Position numbers and translations under genes: made by a program
Shown here: piece by piece, positions 18,917 to 28,887 of the stretch
Layout: the number at the start of each line of letters is the position of its first letter
How positions within the stretch are numbered: the first letter of the stretch is position 1
Assembly: GCA_963820525.1 (NCBI GenBank)
Contig: CAWGAA010000002.1
Location: 320,001 to 384,000 of the forward strand
Source of the DNA: an uncultured Spirochaetota bacterium
GTDB lineage: Bacteria > Spirochaetota > Spirochaetia > SZUA-6 > Fen-1364
Direction of reading: 5' to 3'
Length of the DNA stretch: 64,000 bases
The notes under the pieces: model-generated
The model's database searches: none
Told to the model about the DNA's origin: nothing
What the model saw: the letters and a program-made list of their open reading frames with translations, nothing else

Positions 18917-20110
18917 ATGGCATCCCCGGCTCGTGGAAACAAGCCCTTCATCCCGTTCTTCCGCCCCAGCCTCGGGCGTGAGGAAGAACGGGCGGTGATC
19001 TCCGTATTGAGGTCGGGTTGGCTCACCACGGGCGAGGTCACGGCGCGCTTCGAGCGGGAGTTCGCCCGCTTTGTCGGCTCTCCCCACGCCCTGGCGCTCT
19101 CATCGGCCACCGCCGGGCTTCACCTCAGCCTGGAAGCCCTCGGCGCCGGCCCGGGAAGCATGGTTGTCACGACGCCTTATACCTTCACGGCATCCGCCGA
19201 GGTGGCGCGATACCTTGGCGCCGAGCTTGCGTTTGTCGACGTCGAGGATGATACGGGCAACATCGATCCACGGCTCCTGGAAAAAAAGCTTGACGAGCTT
19301 CGCGCGCAGGGGAAGAAGGTGTCCGCGATCCTTCCCGTTCACGTGGCGGGGCACCCCTGCGACATGGCGGCAATCGGCTCCGCCGCCGCCCGGCACCAGG
19401 CGCCGATCGTGGAGGACGCGGCCCATTCGTTTCCCGCGAAAATCGGGGGCAGGTTCGTGGGAACCTCGGGGGCCGCGGGGGTGTATTCGTTCTACGCCAC
19501 CAAGTCGATCACCACCGGTGAGGGCGGCATGGTCGTGACGGCGAGCAACGATGTGGCGCACAGGATCAAGGTGATGCGGCTGCACGGCATCGACAGGGAC
19601 GTGTGGAACAGGTACACCGCTGTCGGGGCATCGTGGCGGTACGACGTGGTGGAGGCCGGATACAAATACAACCTCACGGACCTGGCGTCGGCCATCGGCC
19701 TGGCGCAGCTCGCCAAGGCGGAAGCGTTTTTCAACAGGCGGCGCCGGATCGCGAAGCGCTACCGCGAGCGCCTGGCCGGCTGTGAGTTTCTCATCCTGCC
19801 GCAGGAGCAGGAAGGCCATGCCTGGCATCTTTTCATGATCCGCATCCGCCCGGAGGCGCTCAGGATAGACCGCGACGCCTTCATCATGGAGCTCCTGGCA
19901 AGGGGAATCGGGGCTTCAGTGCACTTCATCCCGCTGCACCTCATGTCGTACTATAAAAACAGATACGGTTTGAAGCCCGAGGATTTCCCCGTGGCGCTCG
20001 CGCGATTCAAGACCTGCATCAGCCTTCCGCTCTTCCCCGCGATGTCGGATGAGGAAGCGGACCGCGTTGTGGATGCTGTCCGGGATACGGGCGCGGCCAA
20101 CAAGGCGTGA
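18917..20110 (+). CDS. DegT/DnrJ/EryC1/StrS PLP sugar aminotransferase
   Basis: EDAAH, SFYATKSITTGEGG and GYKYN motifs. Confidence 0.95.
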   Translation: MASPARGNKPFIPFFRPSLGREEERAVISVLRSGWLTTGEVTARFEREFARFVGSPHALALSSATAGLHLSLEALGAGPGSMVVTTPYTFTASAEVARYLGAELAFVDVEDDTGNIDPRLLEKKLDELRAQGKKVSAILPVHVAGHPCDMAAIGSAAARHQAPIVEDAAHSFPAKIGGRFVGTSGAAGVYSFYATKSITTGEGGMVVTASNDVAHRIKVMRLHGIDRDVWNRYTAVGASWRYDVVEAGYKYNLTDLASAIGLAQLAKAEAFFNRRRRIAKRYRERLAGCEFLILPQEQEGHAWHLFMIRIRPEALRIDRDAFIMELLARGIGASVHFIPLHLMSYYKNRYGLKPEDFPVALARFKTCISLPLFPAMSDEEADRVVDAVRDTGAANKA

Positions 20111-20164
20111 ACCCGTCCGGCGAAGGGCGCGCCCGAACGAAGCGCCGAGACTCCTCGACCGGCG

Positions 20165-21253
20165 CTATTTCGTCCGCGCCTCCTTTTCCAGCGCGCTCAA
20201 CTCCGCGTGAGTCTCCAACACCTCGAAATCGATCGAGATGGTGCGGCTCTCCTGTCCGTCGATCAGGGGAAGCGTGCCCTGGTCACGCAGGGCCCCGCGG
20301 CCGATCGGCATGATGGTCCCGGGCTCCAGGCCGAGGACGTAGAAGCCCCGCGCCGGCATCTTCCACTCCGTGAAGAAGGGAAGCTCCTTCTGATTCCACC
20401 TCAACACGATGCCCAGGGGCGCGCCATCCCCTGCATCCGGGTTGGCCAGCCCGATGAAGGTCCGCCCCTGTCGGTCGGCGGCGAGGGTGTGGAAGAAGAC
20501 CTTCTCCTTGTAAGCCTGGACCGGCTCGCACCAGGAGAGGCATTCCTCGACCCCCTTGTCCTTCGCGGCCTCCGGGTCTCGGGGAATGCTCGATGTGACG
20601 GGACCGACTATCTTCGTTCGGGCGGACAGGAGGGGAAAGCCGAAGTTGAAGTGGTAGAGCATCATGAGGGGCTGAGGCTCGAAGCCCTTGTTGACGATCG
20701 TATCTTGGAGATGGAACCCGCGGGCCCCGAGCCGCGTCTCGATGCGCCTGGTGAGCCCCATGTTCTCTCCCATCGCGCTCGCCTCGCGGACTGCGCCCTT
20801 GAGGCGGATCACGAAATCGTCCCCGTCCCACTCCTGGTCTATGGCGAGGTCTTCGGCGGCCGCGTTGGAGAGCCTGCCGTGTAGGCCGAATGCCTTTCCC
20901 TGGTCCACGCTGGGCGCGCCGGCGTTGGTGATCCCGCAGGTGGTGAGGAGGCCCACGAAGAAACTGCGCAGCCACCCGAGGCCCGGCTCCTCGAAGTAGC
21001 CCGGCGCCGTGATGCCCGTGGCGGAAAAGAAGGTGAGGGACTTCCCCTTGTAAAGGGCGAACGGTATATCCATCCCGCGGCCGGGAAGCACGGTGAAGGA
21101 GAACCCGCTTCCCGTTTCAACCTCGATTGCGCGCACACCCTCCGCCTTTCCGTGGGAGAGAACCGAGGGGCGGGCACCCGCGATCTGCGCCGGGTCTCCG
21201 ATGCGGGAGAGAAGCTCCGTCCTGGTCCAATTCCTTCCTGCGTAGAGAGCCAT
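20165..21253 (-). CDS. Aldose 1-epimerase-family protein (DUF4432)
   Basis: RGMDI, LLTTCG, GLHGR, YHFNFGFP and LGLEP motifs. Confidence 0.85.
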   Translation of the reverse strand: MALYAGRNWTRTELLSRIGDPAQIAGARPSVLSHGKAEGVRAIEVETGSGFSFTVLPGRGMDIPFALYKGKSLTFFSATGITAPGYFEEPGLGWLRSFFVGLLTTCGITNAGAPSVDQGKAFGLHGRLSNAAAEDLAIDQEWDGDDFVIRLKGAVREASAMGENMGLTRRIETRLGARGFHLQDTIVNKGFEPQPLMMLYHFNFGFPLLSARTKIVGPVTSSIPRDPEAAKDKGVEECLSWCEPVQAYKEKVFFHTLAADRQGRTFIGLANPDAGDGAPLGIVLRWNQKELPFFTEWKMPARGFYVLGLEPGTIMPIGRGALRDQGTLPLIDGQESRTISIDFEVLETHAELSALEKEARTK

Positions 21254-21275
21254 GACGTCCTCCTTGCCTGCCTCC

Positions 21276-21303
21276 AGTGTAGATCACCGGCGGCCGGCGT
21301 CAA
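21276..21303 (-). promoter_or_regulatory. Promoter for the DUF4432 gene
   Basis: TTGACG-16 nt-TACACT on the minus strand. Confidence 0.55.
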
Positions 21304-21373
21304 GACTGCGACAACGGACAGGCCGCCGCTGGCACGCGTCGAGGCGGCGACGGGGTGCGGAATTCTCCTCGTA

Positions 21374-21402
21374 TTTACATCAGATGATTTCTCGGTTATC
21401 AT
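21374..21402 (+). promoter_or_regulatory. sigma70 promoter for the dnaE operon
   Basis: TTTACA-17 nt-TATCAT, then GGAGG SD; supports the ATG 21437 start. Confidence 0.7.
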
Positions 21403-21436
21403 GGCCTCGTTCTTCCCTGGGGAGGGGTATTCCGAG

Positions 21437-24400
21437 ATGTCTTTCGTTCATCTCCATTGCCATTCTGATTTTTCTTTATTGGACGGCGCCTCATCCGTCG
21501 AAGCCCTCGTCTCCAAGGCGAAAAGCCTCGGGATGCCCAAGCTCGCCCTCACGGACCACGGCAACATGTTCGGGGCGCTGAAGTTCACCAAGGAGTGCCG
21601 TAAGCAGGGCATTTCCCCGATAATCGGCTCCGAGTTCTACGTGGCCCCCGGCTCGCGGCACGAGAAGTCGGGCTCGGAGAAGGGAACCCGCTACCACCAC
21701 CTCGTTCTCCTCGCGCGCGACCTCCAGGGATACAAGAACCTGCTCACCCTCTCCTCACTGTCCTACACCGAAGGTTTCTATTATAAGCCGCGCATCGACG
21801 ACGAGCTTCTGGAGCGTTTCCACGGCGGGCTCATTGCCTTGAGCGCCTGCCTGGCCGGGGAGATCCCGTCCGCCATCGTGGACGGCAGGCTCGAGGAGGC
21901 GCGGGCAAAGGCCGGCAAATACAGCGAGCTCTTCGGAGCCGACTCCTTCTTCCTGGAGCTCCAGGACCACGGGATACCCGAGCAGAAGATCGTGAACCGC
22001 GAGCTCATCCGCTTCTCCCGGCAGACGGGCATTCCCCTTGTGGCCACGAACGATATCCACTACACGGAGCGGGACGACGCCCGCGCCCAGGACATCCTGA
22101 TCTGCATCGGCACGAACAAGAAGGTGAGCGAGGGAAAGCGGCTGAAGTTCGAGCACCCCGAGTTCTACTTCAAGTCCCCTGACGAGATGGCGCTGTTATT
22201 TCCCGAGGTTCCCGAAGCGCTCTCAAACACGATGCGGATCGCGGAGGCCTGCAGCCTTGAGCTTCCCTCGCTGAAACCGCAATTCCCCGTGTACGAGGTT
22301 CCCGCGGGCTCGACGCCGGAAGGGTACCTGGGGGAGCTTGCGCGCGCGGGGCTGAAAGAGCGCTTCAACCCCGTGGCGCCCGAGGAGGAGAAGCGCCTGG
22401 AGTACGAGCTTTCGATCATCACCTCCATGGGATTCACCGGATACTTCCTCATCGTGTGGGACTTCATCCGTTTCGCCAAGGAGAACGGGATCGCGGTGGG
22501 GCCGGGCAGGGGCTCCGGGGCGGGCTCCCTCGTGGCCTACTGCCTGAAGATCACGGACATCGACCCGCTTCGCTACGGCCTGCTCTTCGAGCGCTTCCTC
22601 AACCCCGAGCGGGTCTCGATGCCCGATTTCGACATCGACTTCTGCCACCGCCGCCGCGACGAGGTGATCTCCTATGTGACGAAAAAGTACGGCGAGGACA
22701 AGGTGGGGCAGGTCATCACCTTCGGCACGCTGAAGGCCCGCGCCGTGATCCGCGACGTTGCCCGCGTCCTGGACTTCCCCTACGAGGAGGCGGATGCCAT
22801 CGCCAAGCTCATCCCGGAAGGGATAAAGATGGACCTCGCGCAGGCCCTGAAGGAGAGCCCGAAGCTGGAGGAGATCGCCGGCAAGGGAGAGAGAAACCGC
22901 GAGCTCATCGAGACGAGCCTGAAGCTCGAGGGACTGCACAGGCACGCTTCCACCCATGCCGCGGGGATCGTGATCGGCAGGCAGGCACTCTCCGAGTACG
23001 TGCCCCTCTACCGCGACCCCCGGACCGGGGCCGTTTCCACGCAGTACACGATGGACTACCTGGAGGAATGCGGCCTGATCAAGATGGACTTCCTCGGCCT
23101 GAAGACCCTCACGGTGATCGAGGACACCATCGCCCTGGTGAGGAAGAAGGGGGTGCCCATAGAGCTGAAGAGGATCCCGGAGAACGACCCCGCCACCTTC
23201 CGGATGTTCTGCGAGGGAAAGTCCACCGGCGCGTTCCAGTTCGAAAGCTCCGGGATGCAGGGCGTGCTGAAACGGGCAAAGCCGGGCAAGATCGAGGACC
23301 TCATCGCGCTGAACGCCCTCTACAGGCCCGGCGCCATGGAGCACATCGACTCCTTCGTGGACTCCAAGCTGGGCCGGAAGAAGATCGAGTATCCCCTGCC
23401 GGCGCTCGAGCCTGTTCTCAAGGAGACCTACGGCGTTCCCGTCTACCAGGAGCAGGTCATGCAGATCGCGCAGGTTGTGGCAGGCTTCACCCTGGGACAG
23501 GCCGACATCCTGCGGCGCGCCATGGGCAAGAAGAAGCCGGAAGAGATGCTCAAGATGAAGGAGAAGTTCTTCGCCGGGGCGAAGAACAAGGGCTACGACT
23601 CCAAGACGGCGGACAGGATCTTCGAGCTACTCTTTTCTTTCACCGGCTACGGGTTCAACAAGAGCCACTCCGCCGCCTATGCCATTCCCGCCTACCACAC
23701 GATCTACCTGAAGGCGAACCATCCCGCCGAGTTCCTCGCCGCCAACCTCACCAACGACATCACGGACACGGACCGGATCGCCGAGCTCATCCGGGAGGCG
23801 CGGGGCATGGGCATCGAGGTGCTGCCTCCCGACGTGAACCTCTCCCGCAAGGAGTTCACCGTAGAGGGCGGGAAGATCGTCTACGGCCTGATGGGGATCA
23901 AGAACGTGGGCAGCGCAGCGGTGGACAGCGTCATCGAGGAGCGGGACAAGGGCGGAAGGTTCACCGGGTTTCTCGATTTCTTCGAGCGCATAGATCTTCG
24001 GGTGGTGAACAAGAAGGTTGCGGAGAGCCTCATCATCACGGGAGCCTTCGACTCCTTCGGGGAGACGCGGGCCACCCTCATGGCCAACCTGGCGCGCGTC
24101 CTGGAGACGGCCTCCCGGAGCCGGGAAGAGAAGCGCGTCGGCCAGGCTTCGCTCTTCGGCCCGTCCGCCGCAGCGGCGGCCGCGGCGGTGGAGCTGGAGA
24201 GGGTCCCCGAATGGGCGCCGGCCGAGAAGCTCGTCCATGAGAAGGAGAACCTCGGCTTCTTCTTCTCGGGGCACCCGCTGGATCCGTTCGCAACGCTTAT
24301 GGCGCAGCACGTGAACGCGGACCTCTCCCGCAAGGATGCCCTGTCGGCGGACCGCCCCTGCACCCTCATCGGGATGCTTCATGAGGTGAGGGAGATCAGA

Positions 24401-24853
24401 ACGCGCGTGGGCCGTCCCATGGCCTTCGCCCGCCTGGAGGATCTTCGGGGATCTATAGAGGTCATCTTTTTTTCCGATGTATACGAAAAGAGGCAGCCGC
24501 TGATCCAAAGCGAGAAGATCGTGGCGGTTACCGGCAAGATCGATACGAGCAAGGGGGAAGCGAAAGTGAAGGCAGACGACGTCATGGAGCCGGGGGCCCT
24601 GGGAGAAAAGCAGGCCCGCGCCATCCATATCAAGCTGAGGGATGACGTGGGAAGCGAGGCGAGCCTCCACGAGATGCGGGAGTATTTCCTGGACAACACG
24701 GGCGGGTGCAAGCTGTATTTCCATCTCGACGGCACCCAGGGCGGGACGGAAACGGTTGTCGCCGCCTCCGCCCACATCCAGGTCTCGGATTCCGAGGCGG
24801 TGATCGCCCGGATCCGCGAATTTCAACAAGTTGCCGAAGTCTGGAAAGAGTGA
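21437..24853 (+). CDS. dnaE: DNA polymerase III alpha subunit
   Basis: MSFVHLHCHS PHP domain, GRGSGAGS, PDFDID, KMDFLGL, YQEQ, FNKSH, C-terminal OB fold. Confidence 0.98.
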   Translation: MSFVHLHCHSDFSLLDGASSVEALVSKAKSLGMPKLALTDHGNMFGALKFTKECRKQGISPIIGSEFYVAPGSRHEKSGSEKGTRYHHLVLLARDLQGYKNLLTLSSLSYTEGFYYKPRIDDELLERFHGGLIALSACLAGEIPSAIVDGRLEEARAKAGKYSELFGADSFFLELQDHGIPEQKIVNRELIRFSRQTGIPLVATNDIHYTERDDARAQDILICIGTNKKVSEGKRLKFEHPEFYFKSPDEMALLFPEVPEALSNTMRIAEACSLELPSLKPQFPVYEVPAGSTPEGYLGELARAGLKERFNPVAPEEEKRLEYELSIITSMGFTGYFLIVWDFIRFAKENGIAVGPGRGSGAGSLVAYCLKITDIDPLRYGLLFERFLNPERVSMPDFDIDFCHRRRDEVISYVTKKYGEDKVGQVITFGTLKARAVIRDVARVLDFPYEEADAIAKLIPEGIKMDLAQALKESPKLEEIAGKGERNRELIETSLKLEGLHRHASTHAAGIVIGRQALSEYVPLYRDPRTGAVSTQYTMDYLEECGLIKMDFLGLKTLTVIEDTIALVRKKGVPIELKRIPENDPATFRMFCEGKSTGAFQFESSGMQGVLKRAKPGKIEDLIALNALYRPGAMEHIDSFVDSKLGRKKIEYPLPALEPVLKETYGVPVYQEQVMQIAQVVAGFTLGQADILRRAMGKKKPEEMLKMKEKFFAGAKNKGYDSKTADRIFELLFSFTGYGFNKSHSAAYAIPAYHTIYLKANHPAEFLAANLTNDITDTDRIAELIREARGMGIEVLPPDVNLSRKEFTVEGGKIVYGLMGIKNVGSAAVDSVIEERDKGGRFTGFLDFFERIDLRVVNKKVAESLIITGAFDSFGETRATLMANLARVLETASRSREEKRVGQASLFGPSAAAAAAAVELERVPEWAPAEKLVHEKENLGFFFSGHPLDPFATLMAQHVNADLSRKDALSADRPCTLIGMLHEVREIRTRVGRPMAFARLEDLRGSIEVIFFSDVYEKRQPLIQSEKIVAVTGKIDTSKGEAKVKADDVMEPGALGEKQARAIHIKLRDDVGSEASLHEMREYFLDNTGGCKLYFHLDGTQGGTETVVAASAHIQVSDSEAVIARIREFQQVAEVWKE

Positions 24854-24862
24854 GGAAGCCGC

Positions 24863-25528
24863 ATGATCGACCTGCACACCCATACATTCCTGAGCGACGG
24901 CGAGCTGGCCCCCGCCGAGCTCGTGCGCCGGGCCGAGCATGCCGGCTACAGGGTAATCGGCATCGCGGACCATGCCGATGCCTCCAACCTCGATGACCTG
25001 GTCTCCGCGCTTGTGCGGTTCGTGCGCGAGACCCAGCCCTACCTTAAGGTCCGCATCATCCCCGGCGTGGAGCTGACCCATATCCCCCCCGGACAGATCG
25101 GCGGGCTGGTCAAGCGGGCCCGCCAGCTCGGGGCGCGCCTGGTGATCCTCCATGGGGAGACCGTGTGCGAGCCGGTGCAGCTCGGCACCAACCGCGCGGG
25201 CATCGAGGCCGGCGTCGACATCATCGCCCATCCCGGCATCATCTCCGAGGAGGAGGTGCGCATGGCGGCGGAGAAGGGCGTGCATCTTGAAATCTCGGCG
25301 CGCTTCTCCCATGGGCTGGGAAACGGGCGCGTGGTCTCCCTGGCCCGCGAAACGGGCGCCTCCCTGGTCATCGACTCGGACGCGCACGGGATAGGAGACC
25401 TCCTCACGCCGGAGTGGCGGGAGCGAGTGGCCTTCGGCGCGGGTCTCACTCCCGAGGAGCTCGAGAGGATCAACAAGACAATGATGTCCTTGGTCGAGAG
25501 GCTGGTCCCTTCAACATTCCTGACATAG
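24863..25528 (+). CDS. Standalone PHP-family phosphoesterase (histidinol-phosphatase-like)
   Basis: DLHTHT, SDG, ADH, AHPG and DSDAH metal-binding motifs. Confidence 0.88.
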   Translation: MIDLHTHTFLSDGELAPAELVRRAEHAGYRVIGIADHADASNLDDLVSALVRFVRETQPYLKVRIIPGVELTHIPPGQIGGLVKRARQLGARLVILHGETVCEPVQLGTNRAGIEAGVDIIAHPGIISEEEVRMAAEKGVHLEISARFSHGLGNGRVVSLARETGASLVIDSDAHGIGDLLTPEWRERVAFGAGLTPEELERINKTMMSLVERLVPSTFLT

Positions 25529-25537
25529 GAGGCCGTC

Positions 25538-26128
25538 GTGCTTTTAGTCGTCTTGAGCATCGTCAACTCCATCCTCCTCGTCTACCTCTTCCTCCTTTCC
25601 ATCCGCATCGTGCTGGGATGGTTTGCCCGTCAAGGGCTGGGCAGGCCCTGGGAGCTTCTCTGCAGGGCAACCGATCCCTACCTTGACTTCTTCGCCAGGC
25701 TCAGGTTCCTCAGGAAGGGGTTCTTCGACTTCACCCCCATCGCCGCGATTCTCGTGCTCGTCGTGGCCCTGGACCTCATCAATGTGCTCCTCTCCTACGG
25801 CCGCATCACCCTGGGGCTCTTCCTCGCCGCGGTCCTCGGGGCCGCATGGTCCGGCGCGAGGTTCCTCCTTTTGCTTTTCCTGGTGGTGGGCCTCATCCGC
25901 ACCATCCCCATCATCTTTCACGCCACGTCGGGTGCCATGATCTGGCGGGTGGTGGACCTCATCGTCCAGCCCGTGGTTGCCGTTGTGATGAAGGCCTTCC
26001 GGCTGGGACGGCGAGCGGGCTTCACCCAGTACCTGCTCCTCACCCTGGGCCTCCTCTTCGTTACATGGCTCCTCGGGGAGCTTGCCGTGCGGCAGCTGGT
26101 GCAGGTGTTCCAGTTCCTGCCCATCTGA
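25538..26128 (+). CDS. YggT-family membrane protein
   Basis: RIVLGW..TDPYL..DFTPI signature. Confidence 0.85.
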   Translation: MLLVVLSIVNSILLVYLFLLSIRIVLGWFARQGLGRPWELLCRATDPYLDFFARLRFLRKGFFDFTPIAAILVLVVALDLINVLLSYGRITLGLFLAAVLGAAWSGARFLLLLFLVVGLIRTIPIIFHATSGAMIWRVVDLIVQPVVAVVMKAFRLGRRAGFTQYLLLTLGLLFVTWLLGELAVRQLVQVFQFLPI

Positions 26129-26144
26129 CACGCCTTCACTTCTC

Positions 26145-28211
26145 ATGTTCCTCGGCGAGTCGAGCCAGGATATAACGACTCTCAAAGGTGTCGGGCCGGC
26201 CACGGCGGAGCGCCTGGCACGGCTCGGCGTGCGCACGACGCGCGACCTTCTCCTGCACCTGCCGCGGGGATACGAGGACAGAACGGAGATCACGCCCCTC
26301 TCCCGCGCGCTGGAGAAGGAGAAGGCCTTCGTGGAGGCCGCCGTCGTTTCCCAATCCGAGCTGGGCCGGGGGCGGATGAAGACGGTGAAGGCCGTGGTTA
26401 CCGATGGAACGGCCACGGCGAGCCTGGTCTGTTTCGGCAGGCCGTTTCTCAAGAATCTCCTCAAACCGGGGAGGAAGTTCTTCGTCTGGGGGAGCTTCAA
26501 ATACCGTTTCGGAGAACTGCAGTCCACCGATTTCGAGGTGGAAGAGTGGAACGACAAGCCCGCTGCGTTCGGAAGAATCCTTCCCCTGTATCCGCTTACC
26601 GAGGGGCTGACGCAGGGGGTGGTGCGCCGGGCGGTGCGCCAGGCGCTGCGCGAGGTGGAGGTCAGTCTCAATGACGATCTTCCCGCCTCTGTTCTGAAGA
26701 AGCGCGGCCTGCCCGGCACCTGGACCGCGCTCAAGGCCGTCCATTCCCCCGAGAGTCTCGATGAAGCGGCGCGCGGCCTTCGGGCCCTCGCGTACGGGGA
26801 GCTGTTCTGGTTCCAGCTCCTGGTGATGCGAAAGCGCCGCCTGCGGTCGGTGTCGCGCGCCTGCCTCCGGGAGCCTTCCGGCGAGCTTCGCGACAGGCTG
26901 CTCGCACGGCTCCCCTTCACGCTCACGGAAGATCAGCGAAAGGCCGTTTCCCAGATCGAAGCGGACCTTGCGTCTCCCGCCCCCATGGCGCGGCTCCTCC
27001 AGGGAGACGTCGGTTGCGGGAAAACGCTCGTGGCCCTTCTTTCGGCGCTCATGATCGTTCCCTGCGGCGAGCAGGCGGCTTTCGTCGCCCCTACGGAGCT
27101 TCTGGCGCGGCAGCACGCGGAAAACGCGGCGCGCCTCCTGGAGCCGATCGGCGTCAGGGTGGCATTCCTCTCGGGAAGCGTGACGGGGGAGCCGCGCCGG
27201 CTCCTGCTCGCCGCTCTGGCGGCGGGGGAAGTCGACATCCTCTTCGGGACCCACGCCTTGTTCTCCGGAGATGTGGTCTTTCACGGGCTCGGGCTGGTCA
27301 TCGTGGACGAGCAGCACAAGTTCGGCGTGCTTCAACGCGGCGCAATTCTTTCCAAGGGACGGGACCCGGACCTGCTCCTCATGACGGCCACCCCCATACC
27401 CCGGACCCTCGCCCTCACGGCATTCGGAGATCTCGATACTTCGGTCATCACAATGATGCCCGCGGGGAGGAAGCGGATCATCACGCACCTGGCGCGCGAG
27501 GGAAACGAGGAGAAGGTCTACCGCCGCGTCAGGGAAGAGATCGAGGGGGGAAGGCAGGCATACTTCGTCTATCCCCTGATAGAAGAGTCCGAAGTATTGG
27601 CCATCAAGGACGCAGAGTCGTCGTACAGGACGCTGAAGGAGAAGGTCTATCCGGACCTGCGCCTGGCCCTCATCCACTCCAGGGTTTCCGAGGATGAGAA
27701 ACTGCGCGCCATGGCCGAGTTCGTGGCGGGACGGGTCGATATCCTGGTGGCCACCAGCGTCGTGGAAGTCGGCGTGGATGTCGCCAATGCAACCTGCATC
27801 GTGGTCGAGCACGCCGAGCGCTTCGGCCTGTCCACCCTCCACCAGCTGCGGGGGCGGGTGGGCCGCGCCGGACATCAATCCTACGCGTTTCTCGTGTACG
27901 GCCGCGCCCTGACGCCGGACGGCATCCAAAGGCTGAAGATCATGATGGAGACCACCGACGGTTTTGTAATCGCGGAGCGGGACCTCCAGCTCCGCGGGCC
28001 GGGGGAGCTTCTGGGCGTTCGGCAGAGCGGGTTCCTCGGCTTCAAGGTGGCGGACCTGCTCGCCCACGGCCCGCTTGTATCCGAATCCAGGGAGGATGCC
28101 GCGAAAATCCTGAAAGAGGACCCGGGATTCATCGCGCCCGAGAATTCTGTGCTCGCGCGGGTGCTCGCCGTCTCTCCACCATTCTCCGACGCTGCCTTGG
28201 AAGGGGGCTAG
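26145..28211 (+). CDS. recG: ATP-dependent DNA helicase RecG
   Basis: LKGVGP, QGDVGCGKT, DEQH, TATPIPRTL, QLRGRVGR and RGPGELLG; start at ATG 26145. Confidence 0.97.
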   Translation: MFLGESSQDITTLKGVGPATAERLARLGVRTTRDLLLHLPRGYEDRTEITPLSRALEKEKAFVEAAVVSQSELGRGRMKTVKAVVTDGTATASLVCFGRPFLKNLLKPGRKFFVWGSFKYRFGELQSTDFEVEEWNDKPAAFGRILPLYPLTEGLTQGVVRRAVRQALREVEVSLNDDLPASVLKKRGLPGTWTALKAVHSPESLDEAARGLRALAYGELFWFQLLVMRKRRLRSVSRACLREPSGELRDRLLARLPFTLTEDQRKAVSQIEADLASPAPMARLLQGDVGCGKTLVALLSALMIVPCGEQAAFVAPTELLARQHAENAARLLEPIGVRVAFLSGSVTGEPRRLLLAALAAGEVDILFGTHALFSGDVVFHGLGLVIVDEQHKFGVLQRGAILSKGRDPDLLLMTATPIPRTLALTAFGDLDTSVITMMPAGRKRIITHLAREGNEEKVYRRVREEIEGGRQAYFVYPLIEESEVLAIKDAESSYRTLKEKVYPDLRLALIHSRVSEDEKLRAMAEFVAGRVDILVATSVVEVGVDVANATCIVVEHAERFGLSTLHQLRGRVGRAGHQSYAFLVYGRALTPDGIQRLKIMMETTDGFVIAERDLQLRGPGELLGVRQSGFLGFKVADLLAHGPLVSESREDAAKILKEDPGFIAPENSVLARVLAVSPPFSDAALEGG

Positions 28212-28213
28212 AG

Positions 28214-28750
28214 GTGCGCGTCACGGGAGGGTTTTACAGAGGCAGGCGGATCGACTGCCCGCCCGGAGTAATCCGGCCGTCCATGGACAGGATGCGGGTT
28301 TCGCTTTTTTCGATTCTTGGCGACCTCTCGGGTCTTTCGTTTCTGGACCTTTTCAGCGGTACCGGCGTCATCGGTGTGGAGGCGGCATCCCGGGGAGCCG
28401 AGCCCGTGGTGCTTGTCGAGATGGATGCTAGAAAAAGAAAGACGATTCAGAAGAACATCTCCTTTGTAGAGTCCAGAATCGAGCTTCTCACCATGCCGGT
28501 GGAGCGGTTTCTTCGTTCCAACTCGTGCACGTTCGACATCATCTTTCTCGATCCTCCGTTTGATTCTCCCGGAAAGGCGCAGGTGCTGGACCAGGTGGGG
28601 GAGGGCAGCCACCTCGCCGTCGGGGGGCTTGCCATCATCCACCTGCATCGCGCGGAGAAGCTCGGTCTCGAGCGGCCCGCCTTCACCCTTAACGACAGGC
28701 GGGAGTACGGGCAGTCTCTGGTGCTGTTTTTCAGGAAGAGGAGAGTGTAG
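28214..28750 (+). CDS. rsmD: 16S rRNA (guanine966-N2) methyltransferase
   Basis: MRVTGG, RPS.DR.R, DLFSGTG, SRGA, DPPF and YG motifs. Confidence 0.93.
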   Translation: MRVTGGFYRGRRIDCPPGVIRPSMDRMRVSLFSILGDLSGLSFLDLFSGTGVIGVEAASRGAEPVVLVEMDARKRKTIQKNISFVESRIELLTMPVERFLRSNSCTFDIIFLDPPFDSPGKAQVLDQVGEGSHLAVGGLAIIHLHRAEKLGLERPAFTLNDRREYGQSLVLFFRKRRV

Positions 28751-28754
28751 AATG

Positions 28755-28780
28755 GAAGGGCCGCCGTTCAGCGGCCCTTC
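28755..28780. terminator. GC hairpin between convergent rsmD and the sugar ABC operon
   Basis: GAAGGGCCGC-CGTTCA-GCGGCCCTTC; a second hairpin lies at ~28811-28845. Confidence 0.6.
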
Positions 28781-28887
28781 GGCATGAAATACTGTGTCAG
28801 CACCCTGCTAGGCAAACGGGCCCGTCGTTTCGGCGGGCCCCTGCCTTGACATTGTCCAAGCGTTGTTAAGCCTAGCCGCCTTTGCGC

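Noticed and set aside
21152..21436. N-terminal extensions given by the ORF track for DnaE (also RpoC 59540, RecG 26082, LacI 34341, MNT 44585)
   Set aside because: They run through promoters, spacers or neighbouring genes; downstream ATGs give family-typical N-termini, most with an SD.
28808..28875. c-di-GMP-I riboswitch suggested by GGCAAAC
   Set aside because: No GAAA/receptor pair or GCAAAG P3 pattern, and it lies between convergent gene ends; better read as terminator-type hairpins.
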